Assembly (NCBI RefSeq): GCF_009914755.1 | Contig: NC_060928.1 | Source: the human T2T-CHM13v2.0 reference genome, Homo sapiens | Length of the DNA: 64,000 bases | Strand: one strand, 5' to 3' | In this document: positions 1-13,854 of the stretch, piece by piece | Layout: every line of letters starts with the position of its first letter | Position numbering within the stretch: position 1 is the stretch's first letter | The notes under the pieces: generated by a model | Database searches by the model: none | Told to the model about the DNA's origin: nothing | The model's input: only the letters and a program-made list of their open reading frames with translations | Program-made: the position numbers and the translations under genes

Positions 1-271
1 GTCAATGAAACAGTATGCATCACTTGTTAAATGGGAAAAGTAAAAATTTGTCTTTATATTGTATGAATAATATTAATGGTTCTATTAGCATCTTTATAAT
101 ATGATATTTAATAATGTATGAATCCAAAACCACTTTTTTCTTATATCACTTATTATACCCACAGAAAATGATAAAATGATACAAAATAATAAGAGGGGGC
201 TCTCAAGGTTCTATGCGACAGGAATGGCTGTTTTTAAAGACAAGCAAGATTGCAGTATATTTCAGGATATG

Positions 272-614
272 TGATACGGCTTGGCTGCATCCCCATCCAA
301 ATCTCATCTTGAATTCCCACGTGCTGTGGGAGGGATCTGGTGGGAGGTAATTGAATCATGGGGCAGGTCTTTCCCATGCTGTTCTTGTGATAGTGAATAA
401 GTCTCACAAGATCTGATGGTTTTAAAAAGGGGAGTTTCCCTGCCCAGGCTCTCTTCTCTTGTCTGCTGCCATGTGAGACAAGCTTTTAACCTTCTGCCAT
501 GATTTTGAAGCCTCCCCAGCCACGTGGAACTGTAAGTCCATTAAACCTCTTTCTTTTGTAAGTTACCCGCTCTTGGGTATGCCTTTATCAGCAGTGTGAA
601 AACGGACTAATACA
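272..614 (+). mobile_element. THE1A/B solo LTR (ERVL-MaLR)
   Basis: Starts TGATACGGCTTGGCTG and ends GGACTAATACA, matching THE1 termini. 5-bp TSD ATATG at 267-271 and 615-619. Confidence 0.93.
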
Positions 615-976
615 ATATGTTTCTATGAATGTGGTTCCTATTCCCTAATTTGGAGTAAGTGCCCAGTGTGCTTTGTTTTTGCCCGAGCTTGTCTTTTGCT
701 TTTCATCCAAGATCTCCAATCATAACCAGACTGCTGAGACAGTGGATAGGGGCTGGAGAGAAGTTGAGGAACATAGCAGTCAAATACTTGCTCTTCATTT
801 TACGATCATTGCTATTTTTCTTTCAGAACTTAAAACTATCAGGCTAAACATAATAATAATAACTTGGGCAACTTTACATTCCTATCTAGGACTTAATTTG
901 AGGAACATTCATATTTTATCAGGAAATCAGCATTTCTCTTTTAAATATGTACTTTAAAAGGTTTATTGTACCCTAA

Positions 977-1477
<501 letters not shown>

Positions 1478-3724
1478 TGAAACCTTCCTTTATTATTCTG
1501 TGTTAGGTCACAAAGAAGTCTTGATTTGAATTATTTAAGTTTCACACAGAAAGTTTGGTATATAGCTTTAACATTTTTATGTAATATCCCACAAGCATTT
1601 GAGTTCTTTTTCAAAGAAAAATCAGAGAACAGTTACAGGAGGGTGGGCATCCCCCACCTCACGCCACCAATCCCGCATTAAAGCAGCTAGTATGCTCTGT
1701 GTTAAAGCCCAGGAGGAAGAATGTGGTAAATCAGAAATGGCAGAAACCTGCAAGACTTCCTAGTTTTTGGTTCTAAAAGACTAAGTGCATGAAAACAAAC
1801 AGAGTGCTGGCTCCAATCTAGAAAATGACTTCCTGCTGTTGCAAGATACATGAGTCCCATGGCAGTATTGTCTTGAGAATGTGGCACACCCAGTAGCTGG
1901 AATCTTAGTCCTTGGGCTCCCAGCCTTTTGAGATTCTTGAGTAGCAGGCTAGCATCATAGTGACAAACTTGAAAAGAATGCATCAACAGGGCTGATAAAC
2001 ATTTCATTCATAACCACTGTGGGCCAATGATGAAGAATGCAATGACCTTCCCACCACCAGCCACTTCAATTGACCCTAGAATCTCAGTGTAACACTGAGG
2101 AAGCCCCAAGATAAACTAACATGTTCCCACCAGTAGAGGGTTGGCCTCTACCCTGCTCTCTCTCTTTTTTAATCCCTTCTCTCTAACTCTTTCATAAGTT
2201 CTTTCTGCTTTTTCATCCCCATTGCAGAATTGTGCCCTACATCTTTTCATTGTTAGTGACGCAGCTGACTAAAGGAATCTCAGCTTCAAATTTTTAGGAG
2301 ATAAATTTGATGGGACAGGAGACAGTTCTCAGAGTCTAGCACTTACGAGGTCTCATGTTTTTCTTCTCATTATAATCCTGAGTTCATACAAACGAAATAC
2401 CAGCGATCTAGCTCTTTATCCTTTTTGACACGGCCCGAAGTGCCTGATTTAGCTGTCCATATTTACCTAAGGCTTTTACATAAGTTTCCATATTATATAC
2501 AAGTAAAACCTTTGTGGCAGAAGATACACCTATGAAAATCACATAAAATCGCACATGCAAAAAACATATAAAGTAATCAACGATAACATATTATGCACAA
2601 GGAACACAGTGCTTTTTAAAATTTCTCTTCCTTTTCCAAATTTTCTTCTATTTAGTACTCTATGCCATGCCTTAACTTTATTTTTTTCTTCTTTCTTCTT
2701 CAAAACTAATTCCCAAACATATTTCCTCCTAGTTCCTTTCTTTAAAAGCTATTATATTTTCCTTGCAAAATTTCTGCAATGCATTATTCCAATAGGGTGA
2801 TGTAATGATGGTTGATGTAAATTTCTGACCACTTTGCTCCTTCGTCTTCTCAGAACTCTTTACGATGCGCAGGAGGCCAAGGTAGACTTATTTGCTAAAT
2901 CACTGCTTCATTAATCTCATTCCTTTACCCCAAATTTCAGCCCTTTAACAATTTTAAATGGATCCTGAGTTTTACACTTCCAACTGATTTGCATTTTTCT
3001 TGGTTGTGTGCTGTTGAACAGCTGCTGTTTTCTCCCCAGAAGTGGGTGGGGGATGGTTTCCATGGAGATGGTGATGACTCTGCTAGATGTGGACACCTCC
3101 AATATTCCCACTGCATTTGTAATTTCTAGCATCCATTCCATGTGGAGTGTCTAAGTAGTTTCATTTCCTTGTGGCAATAAACCTCTTGGAATTAGGACTC
3201 CAGAACTCTTTACTTGGCCCTGGTTTGTGACTACAAATTTATTTAATTGACATCTAGATGTATTTATTTATCATTAAGTCCTTAAATGGCTATGTGCTAA
3301 AGAAGGCAATTAAAACAGGTACAATGCCTTTTATAAGTAGGACACCTTGCTGTAGTGCTAAAGTCATAGTAGACATAGAACAAATGCTTATTGATTGATT
3401 TGTGGCACTATAAAGGAAACGTTTAAGTCTATTATGTTACTGCAGAAGGAAAAAAGAGACTAAATTAGAATCAGTTCAAAAGCAATATTACCAAATTCAT
3501 TAGTTACATTCTATTTTAGTCATCTTTAGTGTTACAAAATGCTAATTTTAGAGATAATCTTGCCTAACCTCATCATGAAAAATAATTTAATAACTTAGAT
3601 GATATAGCTGGCATTGTAGGGTAAGGTTGAGTCATGGGAGGGCAGATTGTTGCAACACTGATTGTTTAAAGAAGAAAAAAATTGTAGAAAGTAAAAAAAA
3701 AAAAATTGAGACCTATAATACAAT

Positions 3725-4080
3725 CATTCATTTATTCTTTCCTTTGTTGATCCAACAAATGTTTATTGAGGACTACTATGTGCCAGCCACTGCCAAGCAG
3801 CACAAATAAAATTCTGAGCAAAATATATTCTTTTCCTTACAGAACTTAGAATCCAATGAGAATATAAATATTAAACTAATAAACTCAGAAATATATAATT
3901 ACTAGCAGTAATACTATTTCTTCTAGAAAGGTACAGAGTGGTATAAAAGCACTGTGTAACAAGAAGATAGAATCTAGACTGAGGTACATGTGGCCAGAAG
4001 AAATCCAAAACTTGGGTAGGATTTAACTGGATATGGTCAAGGTAAAGTTTTAATCAGCATTAATGTTCTAAGCAGTGTTT
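3725..4080 (-). mobile_element. L2 3' fragment
   Basis: CATTCATTTATTC...CAACAAATGTTTATTGAGGACTACTATGTGCCAG is the typical antisense L2 3' end. Confidence 0.7.
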
Positions 4081-4114
4081 AACAATGGCTAATACTTGTT
4101 GTTCAATTAGGATA

Positions 4115-4265
4115 ATTGAGTCACATCTAAGTACTTTGCCATGAGCCTGGTTTTACTATTACTTCTATATATGAAGAAATGAAATGTAAAGAAGTTAAGA
4201 CCAAGGTAAGAGAAAGGCAAGGCAAGGCCAGGATTGGGTCCCAGGCAGTCTGAAACCAGGGCACA
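4115..4265 (-). mobile_element. MIR fragment
   Basis: GAAGAAATGAAATGTAAAGAAGTTAAG...CCCAGGCAGTCTGAAACCAG resembles the antisense MIR core and head. Confidence 0.6.
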
Positions 4266-5894
4266 CACACACCTGATCATTACTATATATTTTCTTATGT
4301 GGTGAGCAGAGGCAATAATAGAAGTTTTTGTTCCAGTAATCCAGTGATTTTGTAAGACCACAAATATTAGATCTGGGTCTAATGCCCAAAATGTTATCGT
4401 ATTAGTTAGGCATAAAATGGGCTGAATCTATTTATGACTGCAGACAGTGTACATACTAAAGACATCATGAGACTGGTGAAGGATGTGAAGGGCTCTCACT
4501 AGAAGTCTATGCAGAGTGTTGATCTCACACCACAATTTCCAAATGTCTTATGTCTTGCTCCCTTTCTGCCCTTCTTTAATAAGTGATGCAGACAGAATAA
4601 TATATTTAGCTATAGTCCTCTATATGTAAGGACTGGCAATCAGAAATATGTAGCAATTTTATTTTTTGTCATTAAGGAAGTGATTCCTTAAGTCATCAAA
4701 AGCCAGAGAACACTAACAATTGTTTTGCTTAGTTTCGTTTTCCCCAGGAGTCAAGATGGTAGAATGGGATGTTGCAGTTTAAATTTGGGCTCACTCATGC
4801 TAGGAGTAAATAGTTTTTAAAATTTAATAGAAATAAGATATATAAATGAAATAGCTAAAATATATGTGGTAATTCCCTATCACATATAAACTGAGTTTTT
4901 GGTGCAAAATAAAATAAAGCAAACTAAAAATATGGAAGTTGGGTTTATTCAGGCACATAGAGATAGAATCATATTTACACAGATTTCACTGGAAAGAGTC
5001 AATTTGGAAAACTCACATCCTCCCATCTTTTTTTTTTTTTCTGTTCCCACAGTTGTTTTAGGCCATTATGTACTAAATATCTGGATGTTTCCCAACACTC
5101 CCCACTCATTTGGCCCAAGAATAGACATAGCCTAAAGTTGCTATTGGTCTCTTTTGAATACACTAATAGCTTAATTGTGTTTTAAAATGACTGCTAATGT
5201 CCAAAGCTTCCATAAGCGAGTTTTTAAAACCTAGAAAATAAATACAGGTCTACATTGTTGCAGGGAGAGATTCTCCTTCATAACACTGCTGGGTCAGTGG
5301 GCTGCTAAGAAGTCTAATCATTTATTGTTTGTAAAGAACTTTAAAAAACATTACAGACCAAAAGAAACAAATAATAACACCTATTTTAAAAAACATTCAT
5401 TACTTTTGAATATCATGCCAAATATATAATTTGGTATGCTTTTATATTAAAAATATTGAGAAAGTAATTTAAATTGACATTTGGTAAACTGCTGACATCT
5501 TGCCTTTCATTTTGTACAACATAGATCTTTTACACATTATGCAGATTTTAAATAAGAACCTCATACTAACCTTGTAAAAAAGGCAAAATTAGTAATGTTA
5601 ATTTATTGATTAGTGAAGAAATGAAGTTCAGAATAAGAGAATGAGTTCTATAAAGGAAGCAGCTACAAAGTTGGATGTCTTAGTGCTCTTCCTACCACAA
5701 AACAAAAAGTTACAACTCATTTGGAAAACTTTGTATTGTATCAATTCTTTACAAGTATCAACTTGAACACCATCAAGAATTATCTAGAATAAGGGATTCA
5801 ATCTCCAGCTAATGTACCAAGTTAGTGAGAACCATGCCTTTTGGGTAACAAATAAATAAGCACAAAACTAATTATTTATATAACTTTGGTGGAA

Positions 5895-6330
5895 CTCTGT
5901 TTTATTGGCTGTTAAGTGGTAGAAATCTAACACAAACTAACTTAGGCAGAAAGATAATTGACTTGCTACCATATCTAATTATTCCAAAGGATGGGACTGG
6001 TTTTGGTCTTGGTCGAGTTCATGGATTCACAGCGTGCCATTAGGACCCTCTGATCTTCTCGTGGTTCAGGCTTTGTATCTGGCTTTATTTTCAGGCTGGC
6101 TGTCTCTGTATAACAGCTAAGATAACTATTGACGAATCTAAGGCTTTCATTATCTTCTCAGCTTGCCATTCCAGAAGAAAGTAGCACATATTTGGAAGAC
6201 TCAGAGGGGCCCAGTTTGGATCATGCGATTGCCCATGAGCCAATCAATGTGGCTAGGGAGATAGAGTGCTCTAATTGGACAGGTTTGGGATATGTGATGA
6301 TTCCAGGAGCAAGGTTTAGTGGGGTTATCC
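5895..6330 (-). mobile_element. Old MLT1 (K/L-like) LTR
   Basis: AGAAATCTAACACAAACTAACTTAGGCAGAAAG and CCCATGAGCCAATCAATGTGGCTAGGG...CTCTAATTGG resemble antisense MLT1K/L. Confidence 0.6.
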
Positions 6331-6500
6331 CCACATGGTCTTAATGAGATTACTAAAGATTGCAGCAACCAAAGCTGCTCTACTTTTATCTTTTCAATTT
6401 GTTGAAACTCTTTAGATATTTTTGAAGAAAGGGTTCTATAGCCTCAAAAAATCATAAACGACTGCTGTAGTGTAGAATGTTGATTAAAGCCAAGGAAAAT

Positions 6501-6766
6501 GGCCGGGCGCGGTGACTCACGCCTCTAATCCCAGCACTTTGGGAGGCCGAGGCAGTCGGATCATGAGGTCAGGAGATCGAGACCATCCTGGCTAACACGG
6601 TGAAACCCCATCTCTACTAAAAAAATACAAAAACTATCCGGGCGTGGTGGTGGGTGCCTGTAGTCCCAGCTACTGGGGAGGCTGAGGCAGGAGAATGGCG
6701 TGAACCTGGGAGGCGGAGCTTGCAGGGAGATTCCGTCTCAAAAAAACAAATAAAAAAGTAAAAAAT
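6501..6766 (+). mobile_element. AluY with right-arm internal deletion
   Basis: Y diagnostics GAGATCGAGACCATCCTGGCTAACACGG and GAATGGCGTGAACC...GGAGCTTGCAG. TSD AAAGCCAAGGAAAAT / AAAGCTAAGGAAAAT. Confidence 0.95.
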
Positions 6767-6799
6767 AAAGCTAAGGAAAATGTAATCCTTCTGGTGACT

Positions 6800-6990
6800 G
6801 GATTATATTGGAGATTAGGATATGGAGTTGAACGACCTGGGCTTGATTTCTGGCTTTTCCACATAGTAACCATGTGCCTTTGTGCAGAAAACCTGAGCCT
6901 CAGTTTCTCCATTGGTTAAATGGCTTAAACATAAAGCCTATTATGTTTTAAACAACATGTGTAAAAGTGTTTTATAAAGGTTAGTTGTTG
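6800..6990 (+). mobile_element. MIR
   Basis: GACCTGGGCTTGATTTCTGGC...CTGAGCCTCAGTTTCTCCATT matches the MIR core. Confidence 0.75.
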
Positions 6991-7027
6991 CTGCTCCAGT
7001 TGTTATTTATTTTATTTTTTTAATTTG

Positions 7028-7458
7028 CATATAAGTCCAGGTCCTGACAGAAAATAGATGGTACACTCAAAAGAAAAAACACCCTGAGACTAGCAACCAT
7101 GAGAAACCACTATGGACTCCATGCCTGAAGAGGAAAAAGAAAGGAAGAGTTGCCAGAATTATATGAGAACTAGAAGTCTAGGAAGGGCTACAAGACAGAA
7201 TCTGTAGCTTTATGGAGAGAAACATAGGCACTGGCAAACCACAACTGTGAAAAGGGATGAAGTGATGAAGACCTCTGCCTTTCCTTACCCTTTCCCTTGC
7301 GTCTCCTGCTGATGCTTTCCATTGCCCAAATACATCTGGAGTCTAGAGCTCAAGGACCCTGGTGGTGATGCACTCCTTCCTTATGGAGCTGCCTCCTGGG
7401 TCATAGAGCTCAGTAGGGAAGATGGAGAGAGGGCTGGAGGGAGAAATAAAGAACATTA
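7028..7458 (-). mobile_element. LTR33-family LTR (ERVL)
   Basis: AGTCCAGGTCCTGACAGAAAATAGATGGTACACTCAAA, GAGACTAGCAACCATGAGAAACC and CTCCTGCTGATGCTTTCCATTGCC follow antisense LTR33. Confidence 0.65.
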
Positions 7459-7460
7459 TG

Positions 7461-7718
<258 letters not shown>

Positions 7719-9464
7719 TTAATTAGTTTTATCTTATTTAAGAACATCAAGTGTTTCACTATTTCATTTTGTTTAGTTTTTAGCTTATTAAAATTTAATG
7801 ATTGTTAAAACATTTAAATGTGGGCTTCATAAAAAATGTTGCTTGCGTTAATATTTTGTTTTATGATCTGTACACGTGGACTTACAGAGTACCCTAAACA
7901 TCCTTCAGTGTCATATGAAATTCTGCCTTAGATTGCAAGGCCATCTCTTCATTTTGCTTGTGAAAACAATACACAGAAGCTATGTAATTTTTCTATAGCA
8001 GTATTTTCAGTTGTACTTTAAATTAAGTATTTCAAATAAGGATTTAATTTAGGTTTAATGAGGGAGTTATTATATGTTAATTAAATATAAACTGATTATT
8101 ATGAATATCTATTGGGGCATAACAACCTTTTTTATTAAGATGAATATCTCTTAAACAGTTGAAGCTTAGTAAATATGTTACAAATAATTAGCTTTAAACT
8201 AACATTCAATAGAAAGAATACATTTAAATGTATTACCTTGAATATAATATGGTTATTACCTATTAAATATCAATAGATTATTGGGACTATGGTTATCGAG
8301 TTTCAACTCATACATCCTAATAAACTTCTAGTTGCACCTAAATAAACCACCGTAAGTCAGCTAGTATTTAATTAGCAGAAATATTTATAGCATCACATTT
8401 ATATTAGCATATTTATAATGAAATAAATAGCATAATAACTATTTTATTAAATCTAAATTAAATCCTTGCCAGAGGCATTTAAAGAGCAATGAAACTACAT
8501 TGGCTACGTGGTCTTTAATATTTAACTCATTACATGATTTTTAAACTTTACTAATATGTTAAACAATAAATTAATATACTATATATATTCTAGGGATATT
8601 GCACATAATATATTTAGGACTTAAAATATTTAGGTTAAACTGGACAAGAAAATCCTTGAGTTCTTTTATTTTGTGCCTAGAACTAGGCACGAATGTGGAA
8701 CATGAGTAAAATATGTCATTATAATTGGCTATGTTTATTGTTGCTAAAGAGATTTAACCAACATAAGTGGCGGACAGGGTTGACACTGCGGCATGTGAGG
8801 TGGCCACAAAACCTTCTGTAAGCAGGAGTTTGAATGCCAAATTGCACCCATAAGAAGAGAAGCCCTAAGGAGGCCCTGTATATAGTTAGTTATATGTTTA
8901 TAAAAATAGCCTTGCTTATCACTCCACAGATGAATCAGCAGTTGTCTTGCACAGTTAAAAATGGAGCATAATTTCCTTTCAAGAGTGAGGACTAAAATCC
9001 AAACTAATTTTATTTCAATATTGAAATGTCATAATTAAGTTTCTTTTCACACAAAGCAGCCGAGAATGCAAAGAAAGCATATGAGTCGAGATCCATCTCT
9101 TCTGAGGAGCCTAGTTAACTGTTCCCTCATCCTTGCTCCAGGTAGAGAGCTTATTTCAGTAAATCTGTTCATTTCATGTTCTACTGGGGGGAGAAAAACA
9201 AAACAAAACAAAAAAACCACATTTTACTCTGCAGACATTAATTTCTAGGAAATAATTCCTAGGAATTAATTCTGTGAGGAAGCTGACAATGTGACACTAA
9301 CTTGTGTATACATGTTTACATTGGCCAAGGAAATCAAGGAAAGGCTACTGCTAATAAGTGGGCCCAGAACGTAAGTGAAGAATTCCACAATCTCCTTAGT
9401 GCTAGTGAAATTCCCAGCTTCTTTTCCATAGATTGTTGTCAAGTGAAGGAGACATGGATGTTGA

Positions 9465-9570
9465 CAATGGTAATGGTGGTTTACATTTATGGAGTGCTAG
9501 GCAGACTTGCTGTGTGCAAGGCAATGCTCTCATTGTCTCTATGTGGATTATTTTATTTAATGCTTGGATC
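9465..9570 (-). mobile_element. MIR fragment
   Basis: TTTACATTTATGGAGTGCT...TGTGTGCAAGGCAATGCT...ATTATTTTATTTAAT resembles the antisense MIR tail. Confidence 0.5.
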
Positions 9571-9699
9571 TCCTTTGATATGATACTGAGGATATCTCTT
9601 AATTTCTCTCAGTGATCAGTGATAGAAATCAGTGGACATCAGGTGATTCTTTGCAAATCACTATGACTTTCCCAACTTTATCCAAGTTATTTTACATGG

Positions 9700-9865
9700 A
9701 CAAAATGCAGAGAGGATGCACTAGGGCAAGTCTTGTACTAAAAATTTGCTGTTTTGATTGCTACTCTCACTTCTGTGGCTAACTAGCTGCGATTTCACCA
9801 GGTTCTTCATATATGAAATAAGAGGTTTAGACTTGAGGATCTCAAATCCCTTCTGGCACTAGGCT
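9700..9865 (+). mobile_element. MIR3-like fragment
   Basis: CTAACTAGCTGCGATTTCACC...TTCTTCATATATGAAATAAGAGGTTTAGACT...TCTCAAATCCCTTCTGGC. Confidence 0.5.
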
Positions 9866-10793
9866 TTCATACTTGAGGAAATTAAGAATTTAGGGAATCA
9901 CATATATTGCAAGAATTTGGAATATAAAATATGTTTATTTTAATGTTAGTCTAACAATACATTATTATTTTGATGGGAGCTGGTTATATTAGTCTTAATA
10001 TTAAAACTTAATCTTTATGCATGTCTTGAAAGGAGAAATAAAGATGATAATTATTGAATCTGTACATCGACTGTCTCAGAGGGGTTTAATTACTTTCCAT
10101 TCCATGAATACCAAAAGGAAAAACTTATAAAAAAAGTAGGCTATGTATTTTGAAGGAGGCTTAAATGTAGCAATTCTTCTACTCTATTTTTATATCATAT
10201 TTCTTTCTAAGATATACTGATAGAATCTTTCAAAATTTAGCTCCTGTAGAAACAGAAGTTTTAATTGTTTGATTCAGCATTTTAGATAGTAAGATTTTCA
10301 CTTAATTTTGCCCCTGATAATGATTTGCTAAACCTGGTTCTTTAAAAAGACAGGGAACCAATGGTGCTTTTCTAGGTAGTTAAACTACCTGGATCAAATT
10401 TTCTAATGTCAGGATTGGCTTCCTTAGATAGAAAGAAGGCAAAAGATGACAGTGAATATAAAGCCCTGAGATCCTCACTACCCAGAAGCTGGAAGTTTCC
10501 ATTCCAGACTATAGGGCTAAGGAGATCAGTAGAGAAAGAGAGAGCTTAGTTGGGGTCTAATTGTGAAAAAGAGAATTCAGACTGGAATCAAAGTTTCTAC
10601 TTTGAAATTTGATTTTTGTATTTGTATTTCTTTCCATATCTCTGTTGGATAACATCTTTAAGGGACTCTTTGAGTATTGCTGTATTTTGCATTCTGATTT
10701 CATCTAGTGGTATACAAATAATACCATCAATTTTGATATCTTATTTAGAAGTCAGATTAGGCAGCCACACATACATTAATAACACTAGTGCAG

Positions 10794-11120
<327 letters not shown>

Positions 11121-12039
11121 CTAGTACAAATTAGATATGCTTTTCCAACATTACAAATCATGGATGAGATTGATTTTGCCATTTATATCCAATTTTAGGG
11201 CATGGTACTTTTTTTAAGTTTAGATGAGTTTTGCCAGAACCATTGAACAAAGAAATCTAAGGTATAATAATCAATTTTAAAATATATGATATGTGAATAT
11301 AATGTTTCTACAGCTACCATTTTAGTTGTAAAAAACATCTAAAATTAACCTGCTGCTTTTAAGAAAATAAATTGCATGGCTTGGATCTCTTTGTAACTAT
11401 TGTGGTTTAAATGTACATGCAATTTTTACATATGTTATTTTTCAAGGTGCACATCTGTTTTTGTTGATTGCATGGAATCTGCTGAAATATTCTTGAAAGT
11501 ACAACTAGAAATAGGTGTAAAAACCACCTTTCCATTGAAATCCCAAAGAAAATAGGACATTGCATTTTTTTAGAGGTCAGTCAACGACTACATATTCATT
11601 TCAAGTGCAAAGCTCTGCTTCATCACAACAACTCATATTGCCTGTATCCCAAATATGTGATATTAAATGACTTGATCAAACAGCTTGTCTGGCAAAAAGC
11701 AGATAAACCTCTCTCTAAGTGGTGAAGATGAACCTACTTTGAAAACACATTTAGAAATCAACTCACAAGATCAACGTTATTCCAATGTAGCTTGAGTATA
11801 GGAAACAGATAAAGAGAGACTTGAGGAAGAGAGACAAGAAAGCTCTTGGAATGATTGAGAAGAAAATTAAAACGCCCAAAGTAAAGTACAATCTTATGTT
11901 ACGTGACTTTGCCTTTGTTACAAAGGCCTTTTCTTAAAACTATTGCATCTAGATTTCTTTATTTTTTCTAACATGTTATTTCTAGGATGTGTGTGTGTGT
12001 ATATATATATTTTATCCATAGCTTTTATATTTCTCCTGA

Positions 12040-12215
12040 GGCTACCAATTATTCTACACTTCCTTTTCTTTTCTGAAGTGAGAACACACTTTGATTAACC
12101 TCTCTTAACCCATTTAGATCTTGTCTCTTCTCTGTGTTACTATATTTAATTCTTATTGTCTCTACCTGGATTACAGACACTTTCCTCCATTTGCTATAAG
12201 CCAGCCCTTCTATTT
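12040..12215 (+). mobile_element. L2 fragment
   Basis: ATTGTCTCTACCTGGATTACAG-type L2 3' region motif in degenerate context. Confidence 0.4.
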
Positions 12216-12819
12216 TACATCTATGAATCATTCACATGCAAGGTTGAGAAGAGATTTATAAGATCTTAATGCAGTAATTCAAAAGGCATATTTCTATCAG
12301 ACATCTGATTTTCAAAAGAATAACAAATAAGTTCCCTCCTTTTAAAATAAAATGATAAATGTAGGTTTAATCATGATTTTAAGCTCTCTGTTTCGTTGTC
12401 ACTTTCACAATTACTTTAAAATTAGTTCAGTGGTCATTTGAGTTTAGAGAGTGGATTTGGGTATCTTATGTTTACATCAATATTTGACTTTAATTATACA
12501 ACTTGCCAAATGTATAGGATTTGTTTATTTTTCAGAGATAAATGGGATCAGCCCCAGACTCAATTTCTCTGTATCTTTTTTTTTCTAATACATTTCAGCT
12601 GGATCCACTGACCTGGAATGCCTGGACTGAAGCAGGTAGAATATAAAGAGTTCAATACCCTTAATGTGGGGCTTAGAATTTAGCTACTCATCCAGACAGA
12701 CCCAGGGTACAGTGATCCCTACAAAGATGCCATGCTCTCCCAATTCTTTGTGCTACTTCCCTGCAAATGGTTATTTGCCAGTTTCTCATTTTCTCCATAC
12801 TTACTGCCAGACTTAGCCA

Positions 12820-12960
12820 AAATCACCATCTCTCCACCTATTGTCACATTTTTTTCCATATATTTATCGTCCAGTTCATTATTTGAGTGTTTAGCTTTGA
12901 GATTGCTAGGACCCGGTCTGCCTTTGTTTTCCACTGTATCCTCAATGCCTAGAACAACGC
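12820..12960 (+). mobile_element. L2 3' fragment
   Basis: GGACCCGGTCTGCCTTTGTTTTCCACTGTATCCTCAATGCCTAGAACA matches the L2 3' end. Confidence 0.65.
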
Positions 12961-13089
12961 TACCACTTCAGACTTCTAACTCCATCACTCTGCCTTTTCT
13001 AGACATTCATTCCTTAAATGCTGAGGCTGTATCTGGACAAACATATTTACTCTCCCTTCTTTCTGCAACATTCCTCATCCTCTTTCAAT

Positions 13090-13854
13090 TCTTTTTTTAT
13101 TTAATTAAAAAACTTTATTTTTAAAAATTTTAAAATAATTTCAAATTATATTTTAGATTCAGGGATACATATGCAGGTTTGTTACATGGATAAACTGCAT
13201 GATGCTAAAGTTTGGGGTACCATTAATCCTGTCACCCAGGTAGTAAGGATAGTATATAATAATTATTTTTTCAACCCTTCTTCTCCCTTTTTCCTCCCAC
13301 CTCAATTAGTTCCCAGTGTCTATGGTTGCAATCGTTATGTACATGAGGCAATGCAGTATTTGGTTTTTGTTCTTGCATTAATTCACTTAGGATAATGGCC
13401 TCCAGCTGCATCCATGTTGCTGCAAAGGGCATAGCTTCATTCTTTTTTATGACTGCATAGTGTTCCGTGGTATATATGTACCACATTTTCTTTACACAGT
13501 CCACCATTGATGGGACCCTAGGTTGATTCCATGTCTTTGCTATTGTGAATAGTAAGGAAATGAGCATCCAAGTGCATATATCTTTTTGGTATAATCATCT
13601 ATTTTCCTGTGGGTATTCCCAGTAATGGAATTGCTGGGTCTAATGGTAGTTCTGTTTTAAGTTATTTGAGAAATCACCAAACTGCTTCCCACGGTGGCTG
13701 AACTAGTTTGCATTCCCACCAACAGTGTATAAGCATTCCATTTGCTCCTCAGCCTTGCCAGCATCTGTTGTTCTTTGACTTTCTAATTATAGCCATTCTG
13801 ACTGGTGTGAGATAGTATCTCACTGTGGTTTTCATTTGCATTTCTCAGATAATT
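13090..13854 (-). mobile_element. Old primate L1 (L1PA15/16-like) 3'UTR and ORF2 C-terminus
   Basis: ORF 13271..13567(-) FTIAKTWNQPRVPSMVDCVKKMWYIYTTEHYAVIKKNE is the L1 ORF2p C-terminus. 3'UTR TGCAGGTTTGTTACATGG...GTCACCCAGGTAGT is L1PA-type. Confidence 0.92.

Noticed and set aside
11447-11800. Acceptor-like sites followed by non-repetitive sequence
   Set aside because: The frame I checked hits an early stop, the ORF track shows nothing here, and there is no convincing donor.
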